Below are positions 28,802 to 39,294 of a stretch of 64,000 nt of DNA, in pieces. Each line of letters opens with the position of its first letter. Within the stretch, counting starts at the first letter, position 1. A program made the position numbers and the translations under genes. The stretch comes from a virus. The stretch lies in the IMG/VR virus record IMGVR_UViG_3300032086_003797, positions 1-64,000 of that record; one strand, 5' to 3'. Below the pieces are notes generated by a model. It saw only the letters and a program-made list of their open reading frames with translations, searched no databases and was not told where the DNA came from.

Positions 28802-29725
28802 ATGACTAAGCCTATAAAACCACAAGACCTACCCAAGCCAGATTCTCAATCGGATAAACAACAAAAATCCCTCCAGGGCTTGATGGATCAGCCAGTCGAT
28901 CCAGGCGGCGCAATTTCGGCTTTATATGGTCAGGGTTTGACATTAACATTTACACATGTACCAACTGGCTATCATGTTACATTCGCAGCTATGCTAACCT
29001 CATTTGACGACAGTTTCAATGCAGAGTTCCAGGGCACAAAAGTTTATGGGCGAATGGATCAGATTGCTGTCTATACAGGAACTACCAGGCTAATTAACTT
29101 TTCATTTGATATAGTAGCAAACTCGCAAGAAGATGCATATTTCAACCTTGGGAAGATAAGTCGCCTTGAGAGCTTTATGTACCCAGCCTATGATGGCAGC
29201 GGTGAGACTGGAACGAGCACAATCTCAGCAGCGCCTTTGATGAGGATAAAGTTTGGCAATCTTATACAGGGCTCGAATAACGAGGGTTTGTTGGGATATA
29301 TAAATGTTGTCAATACTGCTCCGAATTTTGAGCACGGTTTTTTGATAGAGGAAGATGGGTCTATATATCCAAAAGCCTACACCATGAATGCAACATTCAA
29401 TGTTCTTCACGAGCATGAGCTTGGATGGTATAAGGACGGACCAAATTGGAAATGGCGTGGTGATAAGAACGGACAATACCCATACACAAACAATTTACCA
29501 GATGGCGCTTACTTTCAAAGACCCGCAGGCTCTGCCCCGACCATGGCTGAATTGAATGCTACCAACAACCAGACAGCTACCCCAAGCACGGATGCCACCG
29601 CCGATGGCGCTTCGCCTGATAGTAAAAATAGAAAAGCTGATAAGATTAAGGCAGCCAAAAAGAATAAGGTTACAAGCTCAGCACTAACCCCAGGTGGTCG
29701 TGTTGGCCTAACTCGACCAGAGTAA
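28802..29725 (+). CDS. Baseplate tube-initiator-like protein (gp48/gp54-like)
   Basis: YGRMD...Y.GTTR.INFSF; PLMRIKFG. Confidence 0.65.
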   Translation: MTKPIKPQDLPKPDSQSDKQQKSLQGLMDQPVDPGGAISALYGQGLTLTFTHVPTGYHVTFAAMLTSFDDSFNAEFQGTKVYGRMDQIAVYTGTTRLINFSFDIVANSQEDAYFNLGKISRLESFMYPAYDGSGETGTSTISAAPLMRIKFGNLIQGSNNEGLLGYINVVNTAPNFEHGFLIEEDGSIYPKAYTMNATFNVLHEHELGWYKDGPNWKWRGDKNGQYPYTNNLPDGAYFQRPAGSAPTMAELNATNNQTATPSTDATADGASPDSKNRKADKIKAAKKNKVTSSALTPGGRVGLTRPE

Positions 29726-29741
29726 GATATAGGAGGCAGTA

Positions 29742-30086
29742 ATGAAGAATAGATATTTCCAGAGAGAAGTCATTATCAACGATGATGAAAACTATAAAAG
29801 AGAATTTCTAGATAACAAGCGTGACGCTAAAGTAATCAATCATTACGACACTCCTGTATTCAGATATCCAGATACTGATGAGATAGCCCAGCTTCAGATA
29901 ATAGAGGTTATCTGGGACTCAAGGTCCAGACTATTCAATCTAGCTAATAAATATTATAATGATCCCACACTGTGGTGGGTCATCGCTTTGTTTAATCAAA
30001 AACCAACAGAGGCTCATTTTGTGTTGGGTGAGACAGTTTATATACCCTTACCATTGGAACAAGTCTTAAGAATTATGAGGGCATGA
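29742..30086 (+). CDS. Baseplate wedge gp53/LysM-like protein
   Basis: RL.NLA.KYY.DP.LWWVIA..N. Confidence 0.8.
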   Translation: MKNRYFQREVIINDDENYKREFLDNKRDAKVINHYDTPVFRYPDTDEIAQLQIIEVIWDSRSRLFNLANKYYNDPTLWWVIALFNQKPTEAHFVLGETVYIPLPLEQVLRIMRA

Positions 30087-30087
30087 G

Positions 30088-32748
30088 ATGGCCAGCAACG
30101 ATAAACAAGATAGTGCGATACTGAGAGGTAATATCCAGGCTTACTTAATAAACAGCCTGAAGGTTTTAGAGCCAGCGATGCATAAGACTCGTGGCACTAA
30201 ATTTACTAGACATCTTGTCCATACGAAATTTGATCCTTGCGAGCTTGTATCACAATTTAATAAAACTACGGGCATTGAGGCTTACATGAGAGCTTTGCCA
30301 GCACAGTTGAGTGGTCTGATGCCAAAAATAAGAATATACTTGAGACAGGGTGAGGGCACTGATGGAAAGCCAAAACCTGATATACCTGTTCATTTTAGTG
30401 GGCATACGTCAGCCACATATAGCCAAGCAACTCAGGGCGGAAATCTAGATATATTTGCTAGTCAAGCCAAAGGTCGGGATGTGGGCATCACTAGATTCCA
30501 TGTGTCGATTGACAATAAATTTAAGTTTAAGTCAGTACAAGCTAGCATGGAGCTATACTTCAAGAATATGGCAGACCTTTCACAGGGTCCTTATTTGCAT
30601 TTGATAAAGTTGATGAAGAAGAACCAGCCCTATAATAAAGGTGGTCAGGACAACCCTAAGACAAAAATGCAAGCTCTGGCTCAAGAGCGCAAAGCAATGG
30701 CAGCCAGACTCAAGGTAGACAAGGCGGGGAGAGTACAGTTAGGACCAGCGGAGAAAGTAAGACCCGTCGCTAAGCGCCTCGACCCAGCACCACTTAAAGC
30801 TGTAATCGGCTGGGCAACAAACAAAGGTGAAGATTTACCACAAGATCGTACTGGTAATGTGCCAACTAGAAACTTATATAATTTCTTAGAAAGATCAGCC
30901 TTGACACTGTTGCTTAATGTTAATAAGTATAGTATTGACTTTGGCGATCAGGGTGAGATAAAATTATCTATAGAGATGACTGGTTATGCAGACGATAGTA
31001 TGTCTGCAAACGATGCCAATATATTTATGAATCCGTGGAAAGTTCAGCGATCAACACCGCACCCTAATGTTAGAAACCGCACAGGCAATCCAATTGGTGT
31101 AACTAACACAAAAACAAAAAACATGCTACGGATTACGGAAATATTTGGTAAACCAATTCATGAGCTTGATCTCAATGCTTTGCCAAGGCTTAGAGGAGCG
31201 AAACTAAAAGATGGATATTTTTACAGCCTCCTACAGCAAAAAAAGGTAGCCTTGCAGAGTGCAACAGTGCTGTCGAAAAATAAAGCCAGAATAAGATTAG
31301 ACCCTGAGATTACTAAGCACTTAATCGCTATCACTCAGAAGGACATTGAAATAGTTAAATTACAATCATCAGCAGACGGCGGCAAAGAACTCAACAAGCT
31401 TCGTGAAAATCTGAGCAAGCTTAAAAAGATACACAAACTAATTGGTGATGCTATTAAAGGGAACGTTTACAGGAATTTTCTAGAACGCCTCGAAGCAACT
31501 AAAGGAGTAATGTCATTCCAGGTCCCTGCCACGGAGCTTGGGATTACTGCTGAACTTAGCGATGAAAATACAGATAAGGAGTCAGTATCTACTTCTGTTG
31601 ATGCGTCGGCATCAAGAGGGCGTGGGTTATCTAGCCCGCCAAATTTTGTAGCGGCACAGATCAGTTCGGCGACTTTCGACGCTGCTGGTGCGTCAAGCAA
31701 GGAAGCGAGAAAAGACCAAAGAGGCGGCTTGGCTTCCTCACAGCCATTTACTGTGTCACCCGCAGCAGCCAAGAATAAGGATAAAGATGGAAATAGTAAT
31801 TTCCTGGTACCGATTACATTTGTACGAGTTGGGGACATAATAGACACAGCATTTCACAGTTCAGGATTCTTTACTCATAATATCAACAAAAAGGAGGGTA
31901 CATTTAGGGTTGTCCTAGATAGCGTTCTCATCGACCTACCAAAAGAGGGGGTTACCTCGTTTAGCTTAGCAGACATTCCGATCCAACTGTCTGCATTTGA
32001 ATACTTCTTTTTTGAAAAATATGTAAAGAGAAACGTAACCAATGTGCCTCTTCGTGGATTCTTGGATGACTTTATGAAGTTCGTTGCCGCTGAGATGTCA
32101 AATGCGGGACTCACTGGAGAGGGTACTTCTCAATTTGAGCCATTCATTGTCCCATTCACAGCGCCTAATATTAATGGCAAACCGCTGAAGCCAGGAAAAG
32201 AATATACAAAAACATCAGTAGAATTCAATACCAGCACATCAAGCCCAAGAGGCTTTTCGGTTAAGAGAGAAGCTGAGAGTAGTATCAACATGGAAGATTT
32301 GAACAACTACATAATTTTATCAATGGTTCAAAATCCGTCACTCCCAGGAGAAGCGAAGGTAGATAACGGCAGGGGTATTTATCACCTGGTGCTTGCGGCA
32401 GGCAGAGGACCCGTTAAATCGATCAAGTTCAGCGAGATGGATGTGTCGGAGCATATCAGGACAATGAATATCCGTGATGGTTCAGCAGACTTTCCAACAG
32501 TGCCACAAAATGCCACGGTCGATCTAGTCGGTGCTCCACATTTTTGGCAGGGTCAGATGGTATATATCGATGCCGACTACGCTATGGAAAACGCATCCAT
32601 AAATATTGGCATTGGTGGGTATTATTTTATTACAAAAGTAACTCATGATCTCAATGAGGGTGATTTCAAAACAACGCTCGATTGCCGATGGCAGGCATAT
32701 AAAGAGGTTGCTCCAAAAAGCGCCAGCAAGAGGAGTAGTAATAAATGA
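30088..32748 (+). CDS. Baseplate hub protein (gp27-like)
   Basis: C-terminal G.P.F..GQMVYI...GGYYFITKVTH......FKTTL. Confidence 0.55.
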   Translation: MASNDKQDSAILRGNIQAYLINSLKVLEPAMHKTRGTKFTRHLVHTKFDPCELVSQFNKTTGIEAYMRALPAQLSGLMPKIRIYLRQGEGTDGKPKPDIPVHFSGHTSATYSQATQGGNLDIFASQAKGRDVGITRFHVSIDNKFKFKSVQASMELYFKNMADLSQGPYLHLIKLMKKNQPYNKGGQDNPKTKMQALAQERKAMAARLKVDKAGRVQLGPAEKVRPVAKRLDPAPLKAVIGWATNKGEDLPQDRTGNVPTRNLYNFLERSALTLLLNVNKYSIDFGDQGEIKLSIEMTGYADDSMSANDANIFMNPWKVQRSTPHPNVRNRTGNPIGVTNTKTKNMLRITEIFGKPIHELDLNALPRLRGAKLKDGYFYSLLQQKKVALQSATVLSKNKARIRLDPEITKHLIAITQKDIEIVKLQSSADGGKELNKLRENLSKLKKIHKLIGDAIKGNVYRNFLERLEATKGVMSFQVPATELGITAELSDENTDKESVSTSVDASASRGRGLSSPPNFVAAQISSATFDAAGASSKEARKDQRGGLASSQPFTVSPAAAKNKDKDGNSNFLVPITFVRVGDIIDTAFHSSGFFTHNINKKEGTFRVVLDSVLIDLPKEGVTSFSLADIPIQLSAFEYFFFEKYVKRNVTNVPLRGFLDDFMKFVAAEMSNAGLTGEGTSQFEPFIVPFTAPNINGKPLKPGKEYTKTSVEFNTSTSSPRGFSVKREAESSINMEDLNNYIILSMVQNPSLPGEAKVDNGRGIYHLVLAAGRGPVKSIKFSEMDVSEHIRTMNIRDGSADFPTVPQNATVDLVGAPHFWQGQMVYIDADYAMENASINIGIGGYYFITKVTHDLNEGDFKTTLDCRWQAYKEVAPKSASKRSSNK

Positions 32749-34028
32749 CCAGACCAGTATCTTTTGGAAACAATTCGCTTGGCTCATCAGATAGCTTCAG
32801 GGAGAAAAAGGTTTACTATGAACAGGTTTTCCCTGAGGACCTCATTCCAAATCACATATCTCTATGGGATGACAACAGGTTATATGGTAGAGTAAATATG
32901 GATAATGAGATTATAACACTTAGAGAAAGTACTCTTTCACCACTAAAGGCAACTAAAAACAACGCTGCTATGTTCGCACCAAACTTTATAGCCGATGCTT
33001 TCGGTGATTTAGTTGATAAACTGGATGCTTGCATGAAAGAAGGCAAAATAGTACCTAGAGGTCCATTTGCTAACTTGGAAGTGGTCCGTGGGTGGAGCAG
33101 TGTCAACCAAGAGTACGATAGATTCATGAAAGATCAAATTTTTAGCGTATTTGTAGAGCAATTCCTTATTTTTAGCAAACAAAACGAAAGAATAAAAGGC
33201 TTTTCTGGATTTTTAGAGGTTTTTGGCGGATTTTCAAAGCATTTAGGTAAACTATTGCCGCTTACGAGAACTGGATTTGTTGAGAGCACTTATTGTACTC
33301 CATATACTACAGGATTGGTGATTGATATAGGTAGGGGAGACTATTCGGATGATTTTGAGAAATCTGCAACCTACATCAATGATCCAAACTTTTTATTTTT
33401 CGCTGATACGGCAAAACAATTTGGATTTTTTGTTGATAGGAACGCCCCTTGGCGTTTGATTGCTAATTTGGGCTCCGCTGCTATGCAACGCTATGCAGCA
33501 AAAAGCGGTATTGTGCTGACAGACAATATACTAGAAAACATTGCAATAATTCAGGATTCGATGTATAAGATAACTAGCCCTGTTGATATGAACATCCTAG
33601 CAGCCTATCTAAAGGATATGTATAATGCGTATGTCGAGAGAAATCCATACTTGTTTGAGCAGATTATGAAAGAAGACCACAAGTGTGGTTCAGTTAGTAG
33701 AGTATACGAAAGAGATCAGATTGGCGATGCAGTGATGGATGAGTCGTTTGTGACTGGTGAATACAAATACCGCTGGGCAGTGAGAAGTCACTATTATATG
33801 AGAATGTTTGAACGGGGCATTAAAATAGATCTTCATAAGGATAAGAAAAGGCTTCGCCACTTATACAACATCATGGATGCAATGACGCCCAGTCAGGCAC
33901 CAAGCATTGAGGGATATAGGGAAGCTGTTAGAACTATAGAAAATGAGATAATTGGACCCTTTGCTCCATTGCCCAGGGGTATGCAGGATGAAGATGATGA
34001 CCTATTTTCACCGATTCCGAACTATTAA
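32745..34028 (+). CDS. Hypothetical protein (end of baseplate operon)
   Basis: 427-aa ORF with ATGA overlap. Confidence 0.65.
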   Translation: MTRPVSFGNNSLGSSDSFREKKVYYEQVFPEDLIPNHISLWDDNRLYGRVNMDNEIITLRESTLSPLKATKNNAAMFAPNFIADAFGDLVDKLDACMKEGKIVPRGPFANLEVVRGWSSVNQEYDRFMKDQIFSVFVEQFLIFSKQNERIKGFSGFLEVFGGFSKHLGKLLPLTRTGFVESTYCTPYTTGLVIDIGRGDYSDDFEKSATYINDPNFLFFADTAKQFGFFVDRNAPWRLIANLGSAAMQRYAAKSGIVLTDNILENIAIIQDSMYKITSPVDMNILAAYLKDMYNAYVERNPYLFEQIMKEDHKCGSVSRVYERDQIGDAVMDESFVTGEYKYRWAVRSHYYMRMFERGIKIDLHKDKKRLRHLYNIMDAMTPSQAPSIEGYREAVRTIENEIIGPFAPLPRGMQDEDDDLFSPIPNY

Positions 34029-34066
34029 TATTGAACAAAACATATTTTATGTGGTAGAAAGGGATT

Positions 34067-35284
34067 ATGTTATTCCAAACCATAGACGATAAAAAAGAAT
34101 GTTCTGGCATCTTTCACGGTGGCAGTATGACCTACAACCCAGAAGAGTTCCCTGATGACCTGACCAGAACATGGAAGTATACAGCATCCATGGAAGGTTA
34201 CAGAGGGGTTGACTATGCGGAGATATATGCTCTAGGTAAGACACTCGATGAGATATGCCCAGAGCACTTACAGGATGAGTGGAAGATTGTTAAAGAAAGA
34301 ATGCAGGCTTTCTTTAAGGCAAATGCCACTGCCAAGATCAGCACATCGCAACATTGTTTGTTTGAATTGATCCCAGAGAAGTTTCTAAAAGACCTGTGTA
34401 ATATGAAAAACCTGATCAGTGACTGGGTTATCGAGAACACAAAACGACCACCAAATTATAAACACTTGCTATCTACTTTGGAAATGCTTCGTGATGTTGA
34501 AGCTTACGATATTAATATTGATCCCCTAAAGGTTCGTGCCATTAAAAATGAGCCAACTGCTAGATTGGTACTTGATAGACTCAGCAGAGGTTACACAAAA
34601 ATTAAATACAACCTGTTTTCCACCAGAACAGGTAGGCTAACTTGCACACAAAGATCCTTCCCAATATTCACCTTAAAGAAGCAGCATCGTGAAATCATCG
34701 TGCCTTCAAATGATATGTTTGTTGAATTGGATTTTAACGGTGCTGAGTTGAGGACTCTGCTAGCTCTTAGCGGACAGGAGCAACCAACTGGTGATGTGCA
34801 TGATTGGAATGTAAAAAACGTTTTTGATAGCCAGGTTTCACGAGAAGAATCAAAAGTATTATTCTTTTCGTGGCTGTATGGGTCTGGCTCGGAAGAATTG
34901 AAAAAGTGGAGAAGTTCACTGTCGAAGGTTTATAACACTAGGACGCTAAAATCCAAACATCTGGATGTTGATATGATTATGACCCCATATCATAGAGAGA
35001 TCGCAGCCAGCGAGCGTTTGTTTATCAACTATCTAATCCAATCGACGACGGCTGATTTGTGCTATGAGCAGTTTAGGAAAGTTTGGGATATCATCAGGGG
35101 CACCAACAGCGAGGTGGCTTTTGTTCTGCATGATGCGATTGTTGTTGATTTATCCCTGAGTGACAGACCGTTGCTAGAAAAAATGATGAATGTCATGGCG
35201 CAAACTAGGTATGGTCAGTACGGCGTCAATGTTAGCATTGGTAAGAACTATGGCGATATGAGGAAGACGAAACTTGGCTTATAG
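34067..35284 (+). CDS. Family A DNA polymerase, polymerase domain only
   Basis: TRTGRL, motif A DFNGAELR, motif B R...K...F...YG, NYLIQST.AD, motif C HD. Confidence 0.8.
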   Translation: MLFQTIDDKKECSGIFHGGSMTYNPEEFPDDLTRTWKYTASMEGYRGVDYAEIYALGKTLDEICPEHLQDEWKIVKERMQAFFKANATAKISTSQHCLFELIPEKFLKDLCNMKNLISDWVIENTKRPPNYKHLLSTLEMLRDVEAYDINIDPLKVRAIKNEPTARLVLDRLSRGYTKIKYNLFSTRTGRLTCTQRSFPIFTLKKQHREIIVPSNDMFVELDFNGAELRTLLALSGQEQPTGDVHDWNVKNVFDSQVSREESKVLFFSWLYGSGSEELKKWRSSLSKVYNTRTLKSKHLDVDMIMTPYHREIAASERLFINYLIQSTTADLCYEQFRKVWDIIRGTNSEVAFVLHDAIVVDLSLSDRPLLEKMMNVMAQTRYGQYGVNVSIGKNYGDMRKTKLGL

Positions 35285-36104
35285 AATATTGGGTATCGGT
35301 ACCGCAGCGTGCAAAACAGCAGAAGCCTTCAAGAGGGAAAAGAATTATCTAGTTGACGTGATTGACGATGAGACCCTTGGTGCTCATGCAGATATGGAGA
35401 CGTATGAAAAGAAGTTCGACTCTAAAAGTCTAGCCAAGGTATTCAAGAAGTATAGGAAGAACGACGAGGTACTAATAATAGTCAGCGGCTCGTCGGCATC
35501 TAACGGCAGCTTGTTGCGAATCGCTGAAATGATAAAACGTTGTTCATGTTCAATTCTTTACTTATACCCAAGCATAACTTGGTGCAGCCCAACAGAAAAA
35601 ATTAATAATAAGATAACTTTTGGTGTTCTGCAAGAAATGACTAGATCTGGTCAATTTGAGCGTTTCTACATTATTTCAATGGAAGAAATGGAAAAGCATA
35701 TAGATAAAGTAACTCTCAAGGAGGTGGAGTCGGAACTAAACAACAAGATATACTCCTTGGTCAGTATGCTGATATACATGGATCATGTAACCCCAGACCG
35801 AACAAATTATGAAGCTACTCGACAGTCCACTAGAATTGTTAGTCTAGGGTACTTCTCAGACTCTGGAGAAGACCACCTTCTTTATCCCATTGACGAAGAA
35901 GATGTAAAAGAGAGAATTTATTATTTTGGGATTCCAGAGGATGAATTTACAACCACAGCCCTAATGGAGATAAAGAACCATCAAACGCTCAAGCTCGCTC
36001 AAAATTCAAGTACATATTTTAAGGCTTACTCAATGAAGGGAGAGATCAGCGTTAGATATTCTTTGTACTTAACGGACATTCCACAATCCACACCCTATTT
36101 ATAA
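35274..36104 (+). CDS. Divergent tubulin/FtsZ-like protein
   Basis: ILGIGTAACK T1-like loop; degenerate SGSSASNG at the signature position. Confidence 0.4.
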   Translation: MAYRILGIGTAACKTAEAFKREKNYLVDVIDDETLGAHADMETYEKKFDSKSLAKVFKKYRKNDEVLIIVSGSSASNGSLLRIAEMIKRCSCSILYLYPSITWCSPTEKINNKITFGVLQEMTRSGQFERFYIISMEEMEKHIDKVTLKEVESELNNKIYSLVSMLIYMDHVTPDRTNYEATRQSTRIVSLGYFSDSGEDHLLYPIDEEDVKERIYYFGIPEDEFTTTALMEIKNHQTLKLAQNSSTYFKAYSMKGEISVRYSLYLTDIPQSTPYL

Positions 36105-36144
36105 AAGAACGAGAAGTTTCAATATATAAGGGGGTGAAGTAATA

Positions 36145-36558
36145 ATGGAAAGAGGAGTTTTACTGGCTACATTTGTTCGTGGCGAAGAAGAAGAAATAGA
36201 GAAAGCAATAAATAAAATACTAGACACAGTAACTCTAACTAATAAATTCATTTTTGTACTATCACAGAAGTCCGACCCAAAGAAAAAAATTATAACATAT
36301 AACTCATCCCTACAAGGGCAGGCAATTATAAAGAACGAGTATTACACCATTAGGGTGCACCGCAAAAAGAAAACCAATACTCTTTATACAATCAACGGAC
36401 TCAATCTAGCAATTGAAGCAGAGCATGACGGTCAGCGTGGCAAACACCTAAAACTTGACTGGGAAAAATACAGAAGTCATGTTATAGTATCGCACGGGAA
36501 CACCCTAAAGGCGATACCAGTAATACTTGAGAAGATCCTCGAAATCAAATTCGACTAA
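36145..36558 (+). CDS. Hypothetical protein
   Basis: VHRKKKTNTLYTINGLN; CTATTTAT motif upstream at 36095. Confidence 0.65.
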   Translation: MERGVLLATFVRGEEEEIEKAINKILDTVTLTNKFIFVLSQKSDPKKKIITYNSSLQGQAIIKNEYYTIRVHRKKKTNTLYTINGLNLAIEAEHDGQRGKHLKLDWEKYRSHVIVSHGNTLKAIPVILEKILEIKFD

Positions 36559-36566
36559 AATATTTC

Positions 36567-36595
36567 TTTACAAAGAGAATAACCTGAAGTATACT
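36567..36595 (+). promoter_or_regulatory. Sigma70-like promoter
   Basis: TTTACA-17-TATACT. Confidence 0.6.
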
Positions 36596-36601
36596 TACTG
36601 T

Positions 36602-36811
36602 ATGGAAAATGGTAAACTGACAAATCGAGCCATGGCATTTCTTAGTGGGTATTATTTTATACTTATTTTCTTGACAGCCTGCATTTTTTATGACATAGTA
36701 GTAACTGAAGTCACAGGATTCACTTTTGGATATATCTTTGCCATATTCTATTTTATATACAGGCTCAAGGCTGTGCGTCAGCTTCTTGAAGACAACGATC
36801 ACTACAACTAA
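36602..36811 (+). CDS. Small two-TM membrane protein
   Basis: ATG separated from the -10 box by 6 nt; two hydrophobic segments. Confidence 0.5.
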   Translation: MENGKLTNRAMAFLSGYYFILIFLTACIFYDIVVTEVTGFTFGYIFAIFYFIYRLKAVRQLLEDNDHYN

Positions 36812-36914
36812 CTGCATTGCCAGTAAAAACAAAAAAGATTTTAAAAGCATTACACACCGTAAAAAGTGTGCTAATATGGTCTCAAGGTCAACTAACCAGT
36901 AAAGGAGAAATACA

Positions 36915-37664
36915 ATGGGTATTGACTTAAGTAAGATGCGGCAGAAGCACTCTGCCTTGACTAATAAGGGTGGCGGCTCAAACGACACCTTTTGGAAACC
37001 AGAAGAGGGGACACAGACTATTCGTATCGTTTGTCCGAAGGATGGCGATCCATTCCGTGACTACCTCTTCCATTACCGCATGGGCGCTGATAACAACACC
37101 AGCATGATTAGCCCACGCACCTTTGGTCGGGTCGATCCGATCGCTGAGTTCGGCAATCAGTTGTGGAACGAAGGCACGGAAGCTTCCAAGCAAGAGGCTC
37201 GGAACTTCTTCCCTCGTATGCGAGTATTTGCACCCGTCGTCGTTCGTGGCGAAGAGGACAAAGGCGTTCGCATCTGGGGCTTCTCGAAGACCACTTATGA
37301 GTCTTTGCTAAACATCGTTCTCGATCCTGAGTACGGTGATATCACTGACCCACACACGGGCACTGATATTCGTTTGGAGTACGGTAAAAAGGCTGGACAG
37401 ATGTATCCAACCACCGAGCTTCGCCCAATGCGTAAGGCATCTAAGCTTTCTAAGACCGATAAGGAAATCGATACGATCTTAGAAACTATGCCCGTCTTCA
37501 GCGAAGTATTCCCTGAGACCACGACCGAGGATGCACAAAAGCTACTCGATCAGACTCTTGAGGGCGGCTCCACCGATGTTTCAGAAGGTACAGCCAAGTA
37601 TGGCGGTAAAGCTGAAGCAGAAACCAATGACATCGACAAAGCGTTTGATGATCTACTGGCGTAG
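36915..37664 (+). CDS. Single-stranded DNA-binding protein (gp32-like)
   Basis: FWKP..G...IRI, DITDP..GTDI, acidic tail IDKAFDDLLA. Confidence 0.8.
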   Translation: MGIDLSKMRQKHSALTNKGGGSNDTFWKPEEGTQTIRIVCPKDGDPFRDYLFHYRMGADNNTSMISPRTFGRVDPIAEFGNQLWNEGTEASKQEARNFFPRMRVFAPVVVRGEEDKGVRIWGFSKTTYESLLNIVLDPEYGDITDPHTGTDIRLEYGKKAGQMYPTTELRPMRKASKLSKTDKEIDTILETMPVFSEVFPETTTEDAQKLLDQTLEGGSTDVSEGTAKYGGKAEAETNDIDKAFDDLLA

Positions 37665-37749
37665 TTGACCTTCGCTAATCCGCAGGGAGGCACGGGATTA
37701 CAGGTGCCTCACCCTTCGGGGATAATATTTTATAAAGGAGAGTAGCATA

Positions 37750-38169
37750 ATGACTACCAACAAAACACTTAGCGTCCATTATGTGGGCACATTCGATGAC
37801 GGCACTGTATTTGATGATTCCAAGAGCCGTGGCGATGCCTTGCAAGTTCAAGTAGGCGCTGGACAACTAATCCCTGGCTTCGAGCAGGCTGTATCGGAGA
37901 TGGAGGTTGGACAAACTAAAAAGATCCGCCTACGTCCAGAAGACGCCTATGGACCAACTAACCCCACGCTCATTCAGGAGGTTGGCAAAGAGGCATTTGA
38001 TGAAGGCTTCAACTTTCAGGTTGGTGAGTATGTTTCTGGTCAAGGAGAGAATGGAGAGCCTGTAACTGCACAGATTGTCAACGTTGAAGATACTAAGATA
38101 ACTCTTGACTTCAACCACCCAATGGCGGGCAAGAATCTTAACTTTGAAATTACAGCAGTAGAATCTTAG
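37750..38169 (+). CDS. FKBP-type peptidyl-prolyl isomerase (SlyD/FkpB-like, no His tail)
   Basis: VHYVGTFDDGTVFD, LIPGFE, PEDAYG, DFNHPMAGKNLNFEI. Confidence 0.92.
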   Translation: MTTNKTLSVHYVGTFDDGTVFDDSKSRGDALQVQVGAGQLIPGFEQAVSEMEVGQTKKIRLRPEDAYGPTNPTLIQEVGKEAFDEGFNFQVGEYVSGQGENGEPVTAQIVNVEDTKITLDFNHPMAGKNLNFEITAVES

Positions 38170-38193
38170 TGTATAATATCAGTACTAGGAGGA

Positions 38194-39294
38194 ATGATGG
38201 CAAAAACTAATGCACTTGTAAGTGACTTGAGGAACTCCCTCAACAAGCAAGCAAAACACACAATCGCTTATGACTTGCACGGTGAAAACCCTACAGAAGT
38301 CAAGACTTGGATCTCAACTGGCTCTACTGTGTTGGACCTAGTGATTTCAAACCGACAAGATGGCGGTATCCCTGTAGGGAAAATCACCACTATTGCAGGT
38401 GAGTCACAAAGTGGCAAGAGTTTGATCGCTACGCATATCTTGGCTAACACACAGAAGAAAGGCGGGATTGCTATCTATATTGATACTGAGAACGCCAGCG
38501 ACCCTGGGTGGATGGTTAATCTAGGACTCAGCACTGATGAAGATTTCTTGTACTTGCAAACGCAAACCCTGGAGGATACCTTCCAAGCAATCGAGAATGT
38601 TATTGCCAATGTAAGGCAGAAAGCACCAGATCGTTTGGTGTGTATCGTTTGGGATAGCGTTGCGGCAACCCCAGCACGGGCAGAGGTCGAAGGTAGTTAT
38701 GATCCTAACTCACAGATCGGCGTGTCGGCACGAGTTATCGCTCGTGGTCTACGCAAGATCACAGAGATGATTGGGCAACAAAAGATCGCTCTTGTACTAA
38801 CTAACCAACTCAAAACAAACATTGGTCAGATGTTTGGAGACACAAGAGTTGAGCCAGGCGGCAAGGGACTACCTTATCAGGCTTCTGCCCGTGTATGGTT
38901 GACACGGCACACAGGTAAAGCCAATGGGGTTATTACTAACGACCAGGGTCAGCTTATTGGCTACAGGACCTCAGCCCAGATTGTGAAGAATCGCTTCGGA
39001 CCACCTAACAGGACTTGTGAGTTCGATGTGTTATTCGACCTGGCAAATAACAAGGTTGGCGTCGATGATGAAGGTTCGTGGCTTAAGGTTATTGCAGGGT
39101 CAGATAACTGCCCCAGAGCAGGCGCATGGTATACTCTAAAATATGATGACGGGGAAGAAAAGAAGTTTCAAAAAGCAGACTATCCTCGTCTGATTCAAAA
39201 TGAGAAATTTCGCAGTAGAGTCCTTGACATTCTACACAATGAGCTTATTATAGGATATGATCAAAGTGTAGATGGCGATGTGTCGGCAGAATAA
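38194..39294 (+). CDS. RecA/UvsX recombinase
   Basis: STGS..LD, GESQSGKS, YIDTENA, WDSVA, TNQ, PGG, KNRFGPP. Confidence 0.93.
   Translation: MMAKTNALVSDLRNSLNKQAKHTIAYDLHGENPTEVKTWISTGSTVLDLVISNRQDGGIPVGKITTIAGESQSGKSLIATHILANTQKKGGIAIYIDTENASDPGWMVNLGLSTDEDFLYLQTQTLEDTFQAIENVIANVRQKAPDRLVCIVWDSVAATPARAEVEGSYDPNSQIGVSARVIARGLRKITEMIGQQKIALVLTNQLKTNIGQMFGDTRVEPGGKGLPYQASARVWLTRHTGKANGVITNDQGQLIGYRTSAQIVKNRFGPPNRTCEFDVLFDLANNKVGVDDEGSWLKVIAGSDNCPRAGAWYTLKYDDGEEKKFQKADYPRLIQNEKFRSRVLDILHNELIIGYDQSVDGDVSAE

Noticed and set aside
37676-37721. Assignment to a named riboswitch or ribozyme class
   Set aside because: The loop sequences do not clearly match any consensus I can verify by eye
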